Source of the DNA: an uncultured bacterium
GTDB taxonomy: Bacteria; Verrucomicrobiota; Kiritimatiellia; CAIKKV01; CALHGX01
Assembly: GCA_938031185.1 (NCBI GenBank)
Contig: CALHGX010000024.1
Coordinates: 13,187-77,186, forward strand
Reading direction: 5' to 3'
Length of the DNA stretch: 64,000 bases
In this document: one piece after another, positions 43,809 through 53,943 of the stretch
Position numbering within the stretch: position 1 is the stretch's first letter
How the letters are laid out: each line of letters starts with the position of its first letter
Notes under the pieces: generated by a model
Seen by the model: the letters and a program-made list of their open reading frames with translations, nothing else
Databases searched by the model: none
Told to the model about the DNA's origin: nothing
Translations under genes and position numbers: made by a program

Positions 43809-45904
43809 CCGAATCCCTTTTTCATCTTCGCGCCCCGTATGTGCCGACCGGCGATCAGCCCGAAGCGATTGCCGCTCTTTGTGACGGGCTTCGCCGTAAC
43901 GAGCGCTTCCAGATTCTGGAAGGCGTTACGGGCTCGGGGAAGACGTTCACCATGGCCAATGTGATTGCGCGGACCGGCCGCCCCACCCTGATTATCTCGC
44001 ACAACAAGACGCTCGCCGCCCAGCTATACGCCGAACTCCGGGACTTCTTCCCGAACAACGCTGTCGAGTACTTCGTCAGTTACTACGATTATTACCAGCC
44101 GGAAGCCTATATCCCGCAAACCGACACCTACATCGAGAAGGATGCCTCGATCAACCGCGACATCGAGCGCCTCCGGCTCTCCGCCACCAACTCCCTGCTG
44201 GCCCGCCGCGACGTCATTATCGTCGCTTCCGTGTCGTGCATCTACGGACTCGGATCCCCCGAGGATTACCGGCAAATGGTTGTCGAGATGCGTCAGGGAC
44301 AGTCCATGGACCGGGATGTCCTGTTGCGGAAACTGGTGGACATCCAGTACCGGCGTAACGACTACGCCCCCGAACCGGGAATCTTTCGAGTGCGCGGCGA
44401 TACGGTGGACATTTTCCCCTCCTACGCGCGAACCGGTTTGCGGGTGTCCTTTTTCGGCGACCGCATCGAAGCCATTCACGAGCTTTGTGCCGAAACGGGA
44501 AGAACCGGACGAAGTTTCGACGCCGCCGTGATTTCTCCGGCCAACCATTTCGTCATGCCGCAGGACAAAATCGGAGCAGCGACCGAGCGCATCCTCGAGG
44601 AATTGGAAGAACGGTTGCGCTGGTTCGAAACGCGCGGCCTCGTCCTCGAGGCCCAGCGACTCAAGATGCGCACGCGCTACGACGTGGAGATGATGCGCGA
44701 AGTCGGCTACTGCGCGGGGATCGAGAACTACTCCCGCCACTTGAGTGGACGCCCTCCGGGCCAGCCGCCGGCCACCCTCCTCGACTATTTCCCCTCCGAC
44801 TTCCTCACCATCGTGGACGAATCCCACGTCACGCTGCCCCAGTTGCGCGCCATGTTCAATGGCGACCAGGCTCGCAAATCCGTGCTGGTGGAACACGGCT
44901 TCCGGCTGCCATCCGCCCTGGACAATCGTCCCCTTCGATTCGAGGAATTCCTGAAGGCCGTGGGACCGGTAATCTTCACCTCCGCCACGCCGGGTCCGTT
45001 CGAACGACAGGTGTCGCCGCCGCCCGTCCCGCAGCTGATTCGCCCCACCGGCATTGTGGATCCGCCCATCATCGTCCGGCCGCTCGAGAAACAGGTGGAC
45101 GACGTCATGGAAGAGGTGCGCGCTCACGCGGAACGCGGCGAACGATCCCTGGTGATCACCCTGACCAAGCGTACCGCGGAAGACCTCGCGGCCTATCTCC
45201 AAAGCCTCGGCTTGAAAACGGCTTATCTTCATTCCGATATTGACGCCATCGAACGGGTCGAGATTCTTCGCCGCCTGCGCAAGGCAGAATTCGACTGCCT
45301 GATCGGCATTAATCTTTTGCGCGAGGGGCTTGATCTGCCCGAGGTTTCACTGGTGGCCGTCCTCGACGCCGACAAGGAAGGGTTCCTGCGTTCCGTAACC
45401 TCGCTCATACAAACCGCAGGTCGCGCAGCCCGGCACGTTGATGGCAAAGTCATTCTCTATGCCGACAACATGACCGATTCCATGCGGGAAATGATCCGCG
45501 TCACCGAACGGCGGCGGGAGGCGCAACTGGCGTACAATCGCCGCCACCATATCACCCCTCGCACCATCCAGAAGAGCATTCAGGAAGGACTGGCCATCGA
45601 GCAGGAAGCGCGAGCGGTGGAGCAGGCGGTCGTCCGCGAGAATGGCGTGGCCTATGACGTGGCGGAGGCGATTCGTGAAGCCGAACGGGAAATGCTGGAG
45701 GCCGCCGCCGCCCTGGAGTTCGAAAGGGCGGCTATGCTCCGAGATCAGATTGTCGAGCTCAAATCGGCCGCCGGTTTGTCCGGGGCGCAGGCTGATTCGC
45801 GCCCCCACGCCCCATACCCCGCGCCCAGGCGCCGTCAGGCCGCAAAGGCCGGACCCGCCCGTCAACGAACCCCGCGGACACGTCGCCCACGGCGGATCGC
45901 CTGA
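43805..45904 (+). CDS. uvrB: excinuclease ABC subunit B
   Basis: Inside ORF 43490..45904. The GTG at 43805 forms a GTGA overlap with the nadA stop. Motifs: APYVPTGDQPEAI, GVTGSGKTFTMANVI, helicase motifs, and a C-terminal UVR motif (FERAAMLRDQIVELK). Confidence 0.95.
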   Translation: MTESLFHLRAPYVPTGDQPEAIAALCDGLRRNERFQILEGVTGSGKTFTMANVIARTGRPTLIISHNKTLAAQLYAELRDFFPNNAVEYFVSYYDYYQPEAYIPQTDTYIEKDASINRDIERLRLSATNSLLARRDVIIVASVSCIYGLGSPEDYRQMVVEMRQGQSMDRDVLLRKLVDIQYRRNDYAPEPGIFRVRGDTVDIFPSYARTGLRVSFFGDRIEAIHELCAETGRTGRSFDAAVISPANHFVMPQDKIGAATERILEELEERLRWFETRGLVLEAQRLKMRTRYDVEMMREVGYCAGIENYSRHLSGRPPGQPPATLLDYFPSDFLTIVDESHVTLPQLRAMFNGDQARKSVLVEHGFRLPSALDNRPLRFEEFLKAVGPVIFTSATPGPFERQVSPPPVPQLIRPTGIVDPPIIVRPLEKQVDDVMEEVRAHAERGERSLVITLTKRTAEDLAAYLQSLGLKTAYLHSDIDAIERVEILRRLRKAEFDCLIGINLLREGLDLPEVSLVAVLDADKEGFLRSVTSLIQTAGRAARHVDGKVILYADNMTDSMREMIRVTERRREAQLAYNRRHHITPRTIQKSIQEGLAIEQEARAVEQAVVRENGVAYDVAEAIREAEREMLEAAAALEFERAAMLRDQIVELKSAAGLSGAQADSRPHAPYPAPRRRQAAKAGPARQRTPRTRRPRRIA

Positions 45905-46860
45905 CGAGCCTTCTTTCCTCCCATTCCTCTCCGTCCGTGAACATGCCTCGTCTCCGGGAACAAGAAATCGAGAAAATGGCGGGCGACTTCGGCGCCTTCC
46001 GGCGGAGAAATAGCCAGGTCCGGGCTCAATTCGACAATCCAATGACGCCCGGACGTGGCATCCACCAGGAAATCCACCCCTAAAACGGGGATGCCGAGCA
46101 GCTTTGCCACCCTTTTCGCTGTGCGAACCAAGGGCTTCGGCGTTTCTCTCGTGACCACATCCACCGTACCGCCCGTATGGTAATTGGATGTCAGCCGCAC
46201 GGTCACTCGCTCCCCGGGCCGAGGAACGGCATTGGGGCTCCACCCCAGTTGCCGCAAGTTGCGGCGTGTTTCGGCGTCCAACGGAATCCGGTGGCTCGGA
46301 TCCTCCCGCGCCTCACGATGATTCTGCCGCCGAATCAACGTCCAGATGCTGTCCCGCCCATTGCCGCAAACCGTCGCCGGATTCCTTCGGATCGCGGCCA
46401 CGAAACGACCGTTCACCACAATCACGCGGTAATCCGATCCCCGCACGAACTGTTCGATCAGCACCGTCTCATCGAATCGCCGGGCCGCACGGATCGCTCG
46501 TCGCAGATCCTCCGAACTCTCCACCCCCACCGTGCCCCCCCTTCCACCCCACTGAGCAGCCGGTTTCACCACGACCCGCCCGTGGCGTCTCAAGAAACCT
46601 GTCGCCTCGCCAAACGAAGCGTACACCATCTGCTCGGGAACAGGGTATCCCGCCCGGGCTAGGAACCGGTTTGCCAGATGCTTGTTCTGCGCCAGATGAA
46701 ACGACACAGCCCCCACCCGATCCGTCAGCGCATTGAAGCATCGCACGGCCCTTCCACTGTGTCGCAGTTCGAAAATGGGCGTGTTCTCGTCAATCACCCG
46801 CACGCCGATGCCGCGCCGTTTCGCCTCGTCGGTGATGGTCGTCGTGTAGATCGTCTTCAT
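45862..46860 (-). CDS. stand-alone ATP-grasp enzyme (cyanophycin-synthetase/RimK-like ligase domain)
   Basis: ORF 45862..47136. Start at ATG 46860 (MKTIYTTTITDEAKRRGIGVRVIDEN...). The AQNKHLANRFLARAGYPVPEQ and VVKPAAQWGGRGGTVGV segments are ATP-grasp-like. The 3' end overlaps the convergent uvrB by 43 nt. Confidence 0.65.
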   Translation of the reverse strand: MKTIYTTTITDEAKRRGIGVRVIDENTPIFELRHSGRAVRCFNALTDRVGAVSFHLAQNKHLANRFLARAGYPVPEQMVYASFGEATGFLRRHGRVVVKPAAQWGGRGGTVGVESSEDLRRAIRAARRFDETVLIEQFVRGSDYRVIVVNGRFVAAIRRNPATVCGNGRDSIWTLIRRQNHREAREDPSHRIPLDAETRRNLRQLGWSPNAVPRPGERVTVRLTSNYHTGGTVDVVTRETPKPLVRTAKRVAKLLGIPVLGVDFLVDATSGRHWIVELSPDLAISPPEGAEVARHFLDFLFPETRHVHGRRGMGGKKARQAIRRGRRVRGVR

Positions 46861-47019
46861 GCGCCGTTCTCGCATCCCATTCTGCCGTGCCGGTCGCTGA
46901 AGCGCAACCCGTCTGACGCGCGGCACGAACAAGATATTGAAAGAGCCTGTGTGCGCGAGTATACAGGATGGGTGTGAAGCATGCGGCTGGTGAAGCCAGA
47001 CGGGCCAACCGGGTGATGA

Positions 47020-49335
47020 GTGAAGAGACCGGCAAGAGCCCCTGACAGCGACGATGGTTATATGACGCCCCCACCTGATCAAACCACGCGCCGCTTGGAA
47101 CGCCCTCCACTTGGCCGGGACGAGCCCACCCTGCATCTGTCACCCTCGGATTCCACGCCCGGTTTTTGCCTGCCTCAGGGTGGCCCTTATCAGATGGTCA
47201 AAGAGATCGGACGGGGCGGGATGGGCGCCGTCTTTCTGGCTCGGGATGAAAAGCTTGGTCGTTACGTGGCCATCAAGCGGCTGACGGCATCCGTCGTGGC
47301 GCACTCGGCGCTGAAAGCCAGGTTTTTCCGGGAGGCCCGTGCCATCGCGTCCCTGAACCATCGCCATATCGTCCACCTCTACGATCTGGACGAAGACGAG
47401 CGCGGTCCATTGATTGTGATGGAATACGTCGCCGGTCCTTCACAGCAGACCGAAACCGATGTGTCGTCTCCCGCGCCGTCTCTCAATCTCGAGCAGCATG
47501 TGGCGGAGTTAGGGCGGCCGCTGGCGCCGGGTGTCGCGGTGGACTTGGTTTGCAAACTGTGCCGCGCCATGGAGTACGCCCATCGGCACGGTGTGATCCA
47601 CCGGGACTTGAAGCCTTCCAACATCCTGCTGGACGAAACGTTCGAGCCGAAGATCGTGGATTTCGGCCTCGCCCGGAAGCTCGAGCCGGGCGAGGCTCGT
47701 CTCACGGTATCCGGCGCAAAGCTCTTGTCCCTGGGCTATGGCGCGCCGGAGCAGGAGAACGACACGCACGAAGCCGATCACCGCGCGGACATCTACGCGC
47801 TGGGCGGCATTCTGTATTTCGCGCTGACGGGGGAAAACCCTCGATTCTTCAGGGAGAACCGCCTGCCGCAGTACCTCCGTCCCGTCCTGCTGAAGGCCAT
47901 TGAAAAAAACCGCGAAGACCGGTGGGCCACAGCGGCTGATTTCGAGCAGGCCCTCATCCACGCCGAAGAATCCTACCTCTCGCTGACCACCGAAACGGAC
48001 ATGTGGCGCTGCAAATGGTGCAGCCGGCTCAATCCGCTGGATAAGCGCTATTGCGACCATTGCGGATGGGATGGGATGGAACGCTGCCCGGAATGCGGTC
48101 ACGACTCGCGGGTCGGCGTCCGATTCTGCTCCGCCTGCCAGGCCGACATCCGTCAATACGAAGCGGCAGTCGCTTGGCGCAACCGCCTGCGCGAATTCCG
48201 CGATCAAAAGGATTTCGAGCGCATAACCAAGGAAGCAGAAGCCGCCCCGGCGTTTCGGCCCGCCGGTCCGACCGGCCGAGCGTTGCAGGAGGAGATCCTG
48301 CAGCTTCAACGGGAAGCCGCTTCCGTCCTCTCCCGAAAGGCCGAGCTGCGCGAAACTATTGCCCGCGCCTGGCAAGAACAGGACTACGAAGAGGCCGTCT
48401 CCGCGTTGGCCGAGTACGATCAGCTCGACAACACGGACCCATTCGCCGAGTGGCGCGCCGAAATTCCCTGGCGATTGGCGGAACGGGACGTCGAAGAGCT
48501 GGAACGGCAGGTGGCCTACGCCGAACGCCTCCTGGCCGAGCGGAAGCTCAAAACGGTGCGCGGCCTGCTCGACGAGCTTAGCGCCCGGCGCGATCAGTTG
48601 GAAACCGCTGCTGCGCGCCTTCCCGAGCGGCCGCACCCCTTCGGTCCGGCGCGCCATGGGGCCACCGGTCTGCAGCGCATCATGGTGGCGCTGTCCTCCC
48701 TGGCCGTGCGGCTGGACCGCCTCCGTCTCGACTGGAGCCGGGCCTCACAGCGCCTCGCCGAACTGACGGAAGAAGTACACGGCCTCTTTCGCAGCCGAAG
48801 ATACGATGCCTGCCTTTCCCGAGGGGCAGAGCTCGTGGAATGGCGCGTGGAGGCGGACGAGATGGAAAACATCCTGCGGGAGGCCTCCAAAGCGCTGCAA
48901 GGGGTCGCGGCGCACCTGAAACAGGCGGAGCATGCGTTGCGGTATAATCGGATCGACATTGCCGCGAGGATCGCCCGAACCGTTCTGCGCAGCGTCTATC
49001 CTGAATCCGCCGCGGCACAGGCGTTGCTCGCGCACATTCGGCGCCGGCGCTGGGAACGCGGTTTGGTGACCGGACTGACGGCCGCCATGCTGGCCTTCCT
49101 GCTTTACCTGCTCAGCCTGGGGCCCGTCACCGTCGCCGCCCAGGCCCGATACGAAGGAGCCATTCCGGAACGAGTGCGGCTCCTCTACGCCCCTGCCCGA
49201 TGGCTGCGCGAGTTCACCCTCCTACGCAGGCCCCTGGATGCTTATGCCCGCCGTTGGAATGTCCCGTTCACGGTCTTCCCGGTGGCCGGTCAGTGGGACC
49301 GAAATGGCCTCTCCTCTTCGGATCCGGTTCGATGA
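47020..49335 (+). CDS. Ser/Thr protein kinase with double zinc ribbon, coiled coil and C-terminal TM segment
   Basis: 771-aa ORF (GTG 47020, alternative ATG 47062). Kinase motifs: GRGGMGAVFLA, VAIKRL, HRDLKPSNILLD, DFGLAR, GAPEQ. Four CxxC pairs lie at 48001..48141. There is a late hydrophobic helix (LVTGLTAAMLAFLLYLLSLGPV). Confidence 0.85.
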   Translation: MKRPARAPDSDDGYMTPPPDQTTRRLERPPLGRDEPTLHLSPSDSTPGFCLPQGGPYQMVKEIGRGGMGAVFLARDEKLGRYVAIKRLTASVVAHSALKARFFREARAIASLNHRHIVHLYDLDEDERGPLIVMEYVAGPSQQTETDVSSPAPSLNLEQHVAELGRPLAPGVAVDLVCKLCRAMEYAHRHGVIHRDLKPSNILLDETFEPKIVDFGLARKLEPGEARLTVSGAKLLSLGYGAPEQENDTHEADHRADIYALGGILYFALTGENPRFFRENRLPQYLRPVLLKAIEKNREDRWATAADFEQALIHAEESYLSLTTETDMWRCKWCSRLNPLDKRYCDHCGWDGMERCPECGHDSRVGVRFCSACQADIRQYEAAVAWRNRLREFRDQKDFERITKEAEAAPAFRPAGPTGRALQEEILQLQREAASVLSRKAELRETIARAWQEQDYEEAVSALAEYDQLDNTDPFAEWRAEIPWRLAERDVEELERQVAYAERLLAERKLKTVRGLLDELSARRDQLETAAARLPERPHPFGPARHGATGLQRIMVALSSLAVRLDRLRLDWSRASQRLAELTEEVHGLFRSRRYDACLSRGAELVEWRVEADEMENILREASKALQGVAAHLKQAEHALRYNRIDIAARIARTVLRSVYPESAAAQALLAHIRRRRWERGLVTGLTAAMLAFLLYLLSLGPVTVAAQARYEGAIPERVRLLYAPARWLREFTLLRRPLDAYARRWNVPFTVFPVAGQWDRNGLSSSDPVR

Positions 49336-49368
49336 TCAAGGCCGGGCGGCCCGGACGGGCCCCGGCCA

Positions 49369-51156
49369 TCAAGGACGCATGGCGTTGAGGTGCGGCACCC
49401 GCAAGCCGTATTCCCTCGCGACCTTCTGCGCCTCCTTCACCAGCGCCGGGTCCCGAGTTCGGGTGTGTTCTCCCATGAGATCATAGATCTTCTGCCACGC
49501 CCAAATCGAGCGAAGCTCCTTGCTGCCGCGAATCGCCTGCGAGAGATCCACATCGAACACCATGTCGCACGCCGCCTCGGCGCCCTGGCCCACCGCCTGG
49601 AATATCAACCGGTTGAAATCGCGCGGATAGCGGCAATACACGACCAGCGGCCGGTCCAGATACAGGTTCGCCGTCTGGCGGGGGAGCGCTTCAGCTTCCT
49701 CCCAGCCCGCAAAGGCAAAACGCACGTCTTTCAGAACCGGACGGTTGACCTCGCGCACGCGTTCCACCACCGCGGCCGGAATGTCCCACCGTCCCGACTG
49801 CACGACAAACACATCCCCCCGGTTTCGGTAGCTCAAGAGATCGAGCAGATACGCGTTAACCCCCCGGTGCGTGCCCAGCGTGAACACGGAAAGAGCGCCC
49901 CGATTCTCCGCGCTGAAGGACTCGATGATGCGGGCGCTGTCCGTCATCCCCGCTGTGGGAACCCCGTCGCTGATCAGCAGGGAAATCAAGGCCCTTTGCG
50001 GCGCCCGTTCCAGGGCGAGCAACTCCCGCATCGAAGCGTAGATATCCGTCTGCCCCTCCGCCTGAAATCCCTGGATAAATTCCCATGCCTCCTCCAAGCT
50101 GGCCTCATCCACATCCCGCCATCCGCCGAAACACCACTCCGTCGCATCCCTGAATCCCACCACTTCGAAACGGTCTCCGCGTTGGAGCAAGTTCAAGGCG
50201 CTGGATAAACCGTTTCGGCAGAAATGCATCCGCCGCTCGGTCATGCTGGCCGAGCAATCCTGAACAAAGACAATGTCCTTGGGCAGCACCGGCAGCGACT
50301 CCGGACTCCATCGGGAAATCCGGATCCGGGCGTACGCATGGTCCTCCGCAAACGGGCGGTACGTTTCCACATCCACCCGCAGGAGACGCTCCACCGGACG
50401 GTATGGCGAAACGTCCTCGCGCTTCTCCGCCGCCGCCTGCGGCGCCTCTTCGGGTACGGACTGCGTGTACGGGAATCCCGCCGGCCCGCCGACATAAGAC
50501 GGCGCGCCGAAGCCGATCAAATCGGCATCCACTTCCGGTGCGGGAGGAAAGGCTTGCGACAGCCCCGTAGCGGGTTGATCCCGTTCCGCTGGTGGAAAAA
50601 CGTCGCCCATGCCCGCGAGCCGCGGCGTCGCCGCAATCAGGCGCCGCGGGAGTGCGGCCACCCCTTCGTCACAAATTCGCCGCTCGATTTGAATGATCTC
50701 CGGCCGGGCATCCCACGCTTCCCGGTCGGGCCGCTCCGGCGGTTCGGCCAGGCTGTGTGTCGCCCCCGCCAGCATGCTGCTCTGCACGGCGCGCGGCTCC
50801 AGACGCGCCTCATCCGTTTCCCGGCGGAGCGGCTGTGCGTCTTCCGCCATCTCCCGAGCCGTGGTCGCGGCTCTTTCCGCGTCTGTTGCCGACCATCGGG
50901 CCGGCCTTTCAAGTTCGGTTCGGGGCTCGTCCCGCAGGGTCTCCACACGGAAAGACGGCACCTCCTGTTCGGCCGGCGTCCGAATGAAGCCGTAGAAGAC
51001 AATGCCCGGAAATCGCAATGCCAGACCCACATGCAGTATCACCGACAAAACCGCCGCCACGGCCGCCCAGAGCACATGCTGCCGACGCAAGCGCCGCAGC
51101 ATGGCCATCGCCGACGCTTCTTCGTCACGGCGCTGAACGTTCCTGTGCATCACCAT
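49369..51156 (-). CDS. membrane-anchored von Willebrand A domain protein
   Basis: 595-aa ORF with an N-terminal TM helix (VLWAAVAAVLSVILHVGLAL). VWA MIDAS motif IVFVQDCSASMT, followed by GQTDIYASM and LISDGVPTAG. Confidence 0.75.
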   Translation of the reverse strand: MVMHRNVQRRDEEASAMAMLRRLRRQHVLWAAVAAVLSVILHVGLALRFPGIVFYGFIRTPAEQEVPSFRVETLRDEPRTELERPARWSATDAERAATTAREMAEDAQPLRRETDEARLEPRAVQSSMLAGATHSLAEPPERPDREAWDARPEIIQIERRICDEGVAALPRRLIAATPRLAGMGDVFPPAERDQPATGLSQAFPPAPEVDADLIGFGAPSYVGGPAGFPYTQSVPEEAPQAAAEKREDVSPYRPVERLLRVDVETYRPFAEDHAYARIRISRWSPESLPVLPKDIVFVQDCSASMTERRMHFCRNGLSSALNLLQRGDRFEVVGFRDATEWCFGGWRDVDEASLEEAWEFIQGFQAEGQTDIYASMRELLALERAPQRALISLLISDGVPTAGMTDSARIIESFSAENRGALSVFTLGTHRGVNAYLLDLLSYRNRGDVFVVQSGRWDIPAAVVERVREVNRPVLKDVRFAFAGWEEAEALPRQTANLYLDRPLVVYCRYPRDFNRLIFQAVGQGAEAACDMVFDVDLSQAIRGSKELRSIWAWQKIYDLMGEHTRTRDPALVKEAQKVAREYGLRVPHLNAMRP

Positions 51157-51199
51157 GGTCCGACCCCCAATCCGCCATGGCCGCCCGTTCGCCGTGCTG

Positions 51200-53515
51200 T
51201 CACGGCAGCGGTTCCTTGGCCCATCGGCTCTCGGGATATCGCTCCTGTAATTCCTTCAAAACGCCCTCGCTCTCCTGCGCCCGCCCCAGGCGCTTTAACG
51301 CAGCGGCGGCTTCATGGAGGCATTCAGGCACCAGGGCGGGATCGTCAAACAGGATGCCGACGCTGAGAAAATGCCGCGCCGCGCCATCCAGGTCGCCCTG
51401 CGCCTTGAGGGCCCGGCCCAACCCCGCATAGGCCCGCGCCCGCACACCAAGGAGCGAATCGGCGGAGGCCCGAGTGGCCGCCTCATTGAAACACTGAACG
51501 GCTTTCGCATGTTCGCCGCCTTCCAACGCCAATTCGCCCATCTCAAGGTATGCGCCCGCGGCCGCATGTGTGCGGGCGGAAACGGCCACCGCCTTCTCCA
51601 AGGCGGCCAGCGCATCGGCCGTGCGGCCCTGGGCGCGCAGTGCCCGTCCCAGCAATGCCCCGCCAATTTGACGCCACGCGTCTTCCGTCGCCCGCTCAAC
51701 CAGCAAACGCGCCGCCGCCTCAGCCGCCCCATGCTCGCCCCGTTCAATATGATACTCGGCCAGCCACTCCAGCAGCTCGGGGGGAAACCGGTCCCGCAGC
51801 GGCGACGTCACAAGTTTCTGCAGCACCGCCGCGGACTCGTCCGCCCGCCCCAACCGCTGCAACACAAGCCCCAACCGGAACTCCACCCGCGGCACCAGCT
51901 CGGGCTTCGGCTGGGCCGCCAACGCCTGACGCAACGCCTTTTCCGCCTCCTCCAGCCGCCCGGCTTCCTCCAGCAGGACGCCCGACCAGAAATACGCCTC
52001 CGCCGTGTAGCGGCCCGAGGGAAATCGGCCCAGCAAGTCGCGCCATGTGGCCAGCGCCTGTTGATCCCGGCGCAAATGCCCTTCGCTAAGCGCCTTGTGA
52101 TACAACGCTTCCTCGGTCCATGAGCTGTTCGGGTACTCCCGAATGAGGCGGTCCCAATCCCGTATCGCTTCGGCATCCCGCTGCGCTTTGGAAAGGCTAT
52201 GGGCCGAAGCGAAAAGCGCCTGGGGTGCCAGCTCGTCGCGCGGACGGCGTTCCGGAATTCTCAGAAAGATTTCCGAGGCAGCCGGCCATTCCCCGCGGGA
52301 CTGCAGCAGCCGGCCCAGCCGGTAAAGAGCGTTCGCCGCCAGATCCGAATCCGGAAACTGCTCCGCCAGTAGCTGGTAGTATTGGATCGCCTCGTCCTCT
52401 TTCTTCAAGGCGGCGTAGGATTCGGCCAGCAGCCAGTACACGTCATGCCGGTGAACGGGGGATTTCTCCAGCGGCCGCGCCGCCTCCAGCGCCTCGGTAT
52501 ATCGGGCCGCCTTGAAGAGCACCAGCGCCTTCTCGTATGCGGCATGCTCCGCCAGGGCATGCGGCGGCTGCATCTGCATCAGACGGTCATAGGCCGCCAC
52601 CGCTTCCTCGCTCCGGAGGAGCTGCCGCAGGCAATTGCCCTGGATGTAAAGCCATTCTCCCTGCTGATCGGCCGGCAATGGTTTGGCGGAGGCATCCAGC
52701 GCAGCCTCGCATAAGCGCAGCGCATCGGCATGACGCCCGGCATGGTGCAACGCCCAGGCTAGCGGCAGGCGCGACGGCGCCACCCGCTCATCATTCGGAT
52801 ATCGCTGCGCCAGCGCCTGATAGGCCCGAATACTCTCCTCGTATTTCTTCCCGCGAAAAAACGATTCGGCGGACTGAAACAGAGCTTCCGCACCCACGCG
52901 GTCGGACGCCGGATTTTCCGCCGCCAGCGCATACCACGCTTCCGCCTCATCGGCCGTGGCCGGATCGCGCGCCAGCAGATTGCCCAGCGCAAGGGCGGCG
53001 TGGGACGCGAGCGGCGAACGCTCATGCCCCTGGATCAACTGCTTGTACGTCTGCGCCGCCTCCTGCGTCCGCCCTGCCTTCTCTTGGCAGTTCGCCAGCA
53101 GATACTCCGCGGCGGCCCCCAGCTCGTCGGAAGCCGGCAGCGCCGGCATCTGCTTCAACACGGCGATCGCCGCCTCGGGATTGTTCCGGGCGGCCAGTAA
53201 TTCGGCGCTGCGAAAAGTCGCCCGCGCCCGGTACGGGCTGTTCGGATAGTTCGATCGTACCCGCTCATAGGCTTTCTCCGCCGCTATCCGATTCCCCAAG
53301 CCTCGGTACGATTCCCCGATTCGATAATAAACGGCGTCGGCCTGAGGGCTGTCCGGTTCCAACCCGAGGTAGACCAGATACTCCCGTATCGCCGCCTCAA
53401 ACATGCCCCGCGAAAACAGCCCGTCGGCAAATTGAAGCTGTTCCTGCGGCGCCAACGCCGCGTGCAGCGTCGCCGCCATCAAGGCCATGACAACGATGGG
53501 CCGCAACCTGCTCAT
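51200..53515 (-). CDS. secreted multi-TPR repeat protein
   Basis: ORF 51200..53581. The ATG at 53515 forms an ATGA overlap with the ExbD-like stop (MSRLRPIVVMALMAATLHAALA signal peptide). TPR-like A/Y/L repeats run throughout. Confidence 0.75.
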   Translation of the reverse strand: MSRLRPIVVMALMAATLHAALAPQEQLQFADGLFSRGMFEAAIREYLVYLGLEPDSPQADAVYYRIGESYRGLGNRIAAEKAYERVRSNYPNSPYRARATFRSAELLAARNNPEAAIAVLKQMPALPASDELGAAAEYLLANCQEKAGRTQEAAQTYKQLIQGHERSPLASHAALALGNLLARDPATADEAEAWYALAAENPASDRVGAEALFQSAESFFRGKKYEESIRAYQALAQRYPNDERVAPSRLPLAWALHHAGRHADALRLCEAALDASAKPLPADQQGEWLYIQGNCLRQLLRSEEAVAAYDRLMQMQPPHALAEHAAYEKALVLFKAARYTEALEAARPLEKSPVHRHDVYWLLAESYAALKKEDEAIQYYQLLAEQFPDSDLAANALYRLGRLLQSRGEWPAASEIFLRIPERRPRDELAPQALFASAHSLSKAQRDAEAIRDWDRLIREYPNSSWTEEALYHKALSEGHLRRDQQALATWRDLLGRFPSGRYTAEAYFWSGVLLEEAGRLEEAEKALRQALAAQPKPELVPRVEFRLGLVLQRLGRADESAAVLQKLVTSPLRDRFPPELLEWLAEYHIERGEHGAAEAAARLLVERATEDAWRQIGGALLGRALRAQGRTADALAALEKAVAVSARTHAAAGAYLEMGELALEGGEHAKAVQCFNEAATRASADSLLGVRARAYAGLGRALKAQGDLDGAARHFLSVGILFDDPALVPECLHEAAAALKRLGRAQESEGVLKELQERYPESRWAKEPLP

Positions 53516-53940
53516 GATCCGGAGGCCGTGGCGTCCACACTGGTGGCAAACGAGATATTCCAGATGTCCGCGTGGCGGCATAAGTCCAAAACCCGTATCA
53601 CGTGTTCATACGCCGTTTGTTTGTCCGCCCGAATCAACACCGGCTGGCCGGGGAAATAACGCACCAGCCGACTCAGGAGCGTCTTCAGGCTTTCCTCGCT
53701 CAACGGCCGCCCGTTGACCACCACCCCACCCTCCCGCGTCAGATTCAGGATGATTTCACCCGGCAGGCGCCGGTCCAACGCGGCCGTGCTGGACGTCGGC
53801 AGCGTGATGTCTATCTCCGCCTCCCACTGGGAAAAAACCTGGCTGACCACAAAAAAGCAAAGCAGGGTGAAGACGATGTCCAGCATGGGCGCCATTTGAA
53901 ACCCGACGGGGTCGGGCCGATATTTTTTCCGGAAGTTCAT
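53512..53940 (-). CDS. ExbD/TolR family biopolymer transport protein
   Basis: 142 aa. PDPVGFQMAPMLDIVFTLLCFFVVSQVF contains the conserved Asp in the TM helix. The periplasmic domain ends VLIRADKQTAYEHVIRVLDLC. Confidence 0.85.
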   Translation of the reverse strand: MNFRKKYRPDPVGFQMAPMLDIVFTLLCFFVVSQVFSQWEAEIDITLPTSSTAALDRRLPGEIILNLTREGGVVVNGRPLSEESLKTLLSRLVRYFPGQPVLIRADKQTAYEHVIRVLDLCRHADIWNISFATSVDATASGS

Positions 53941-53943
53941 GGC

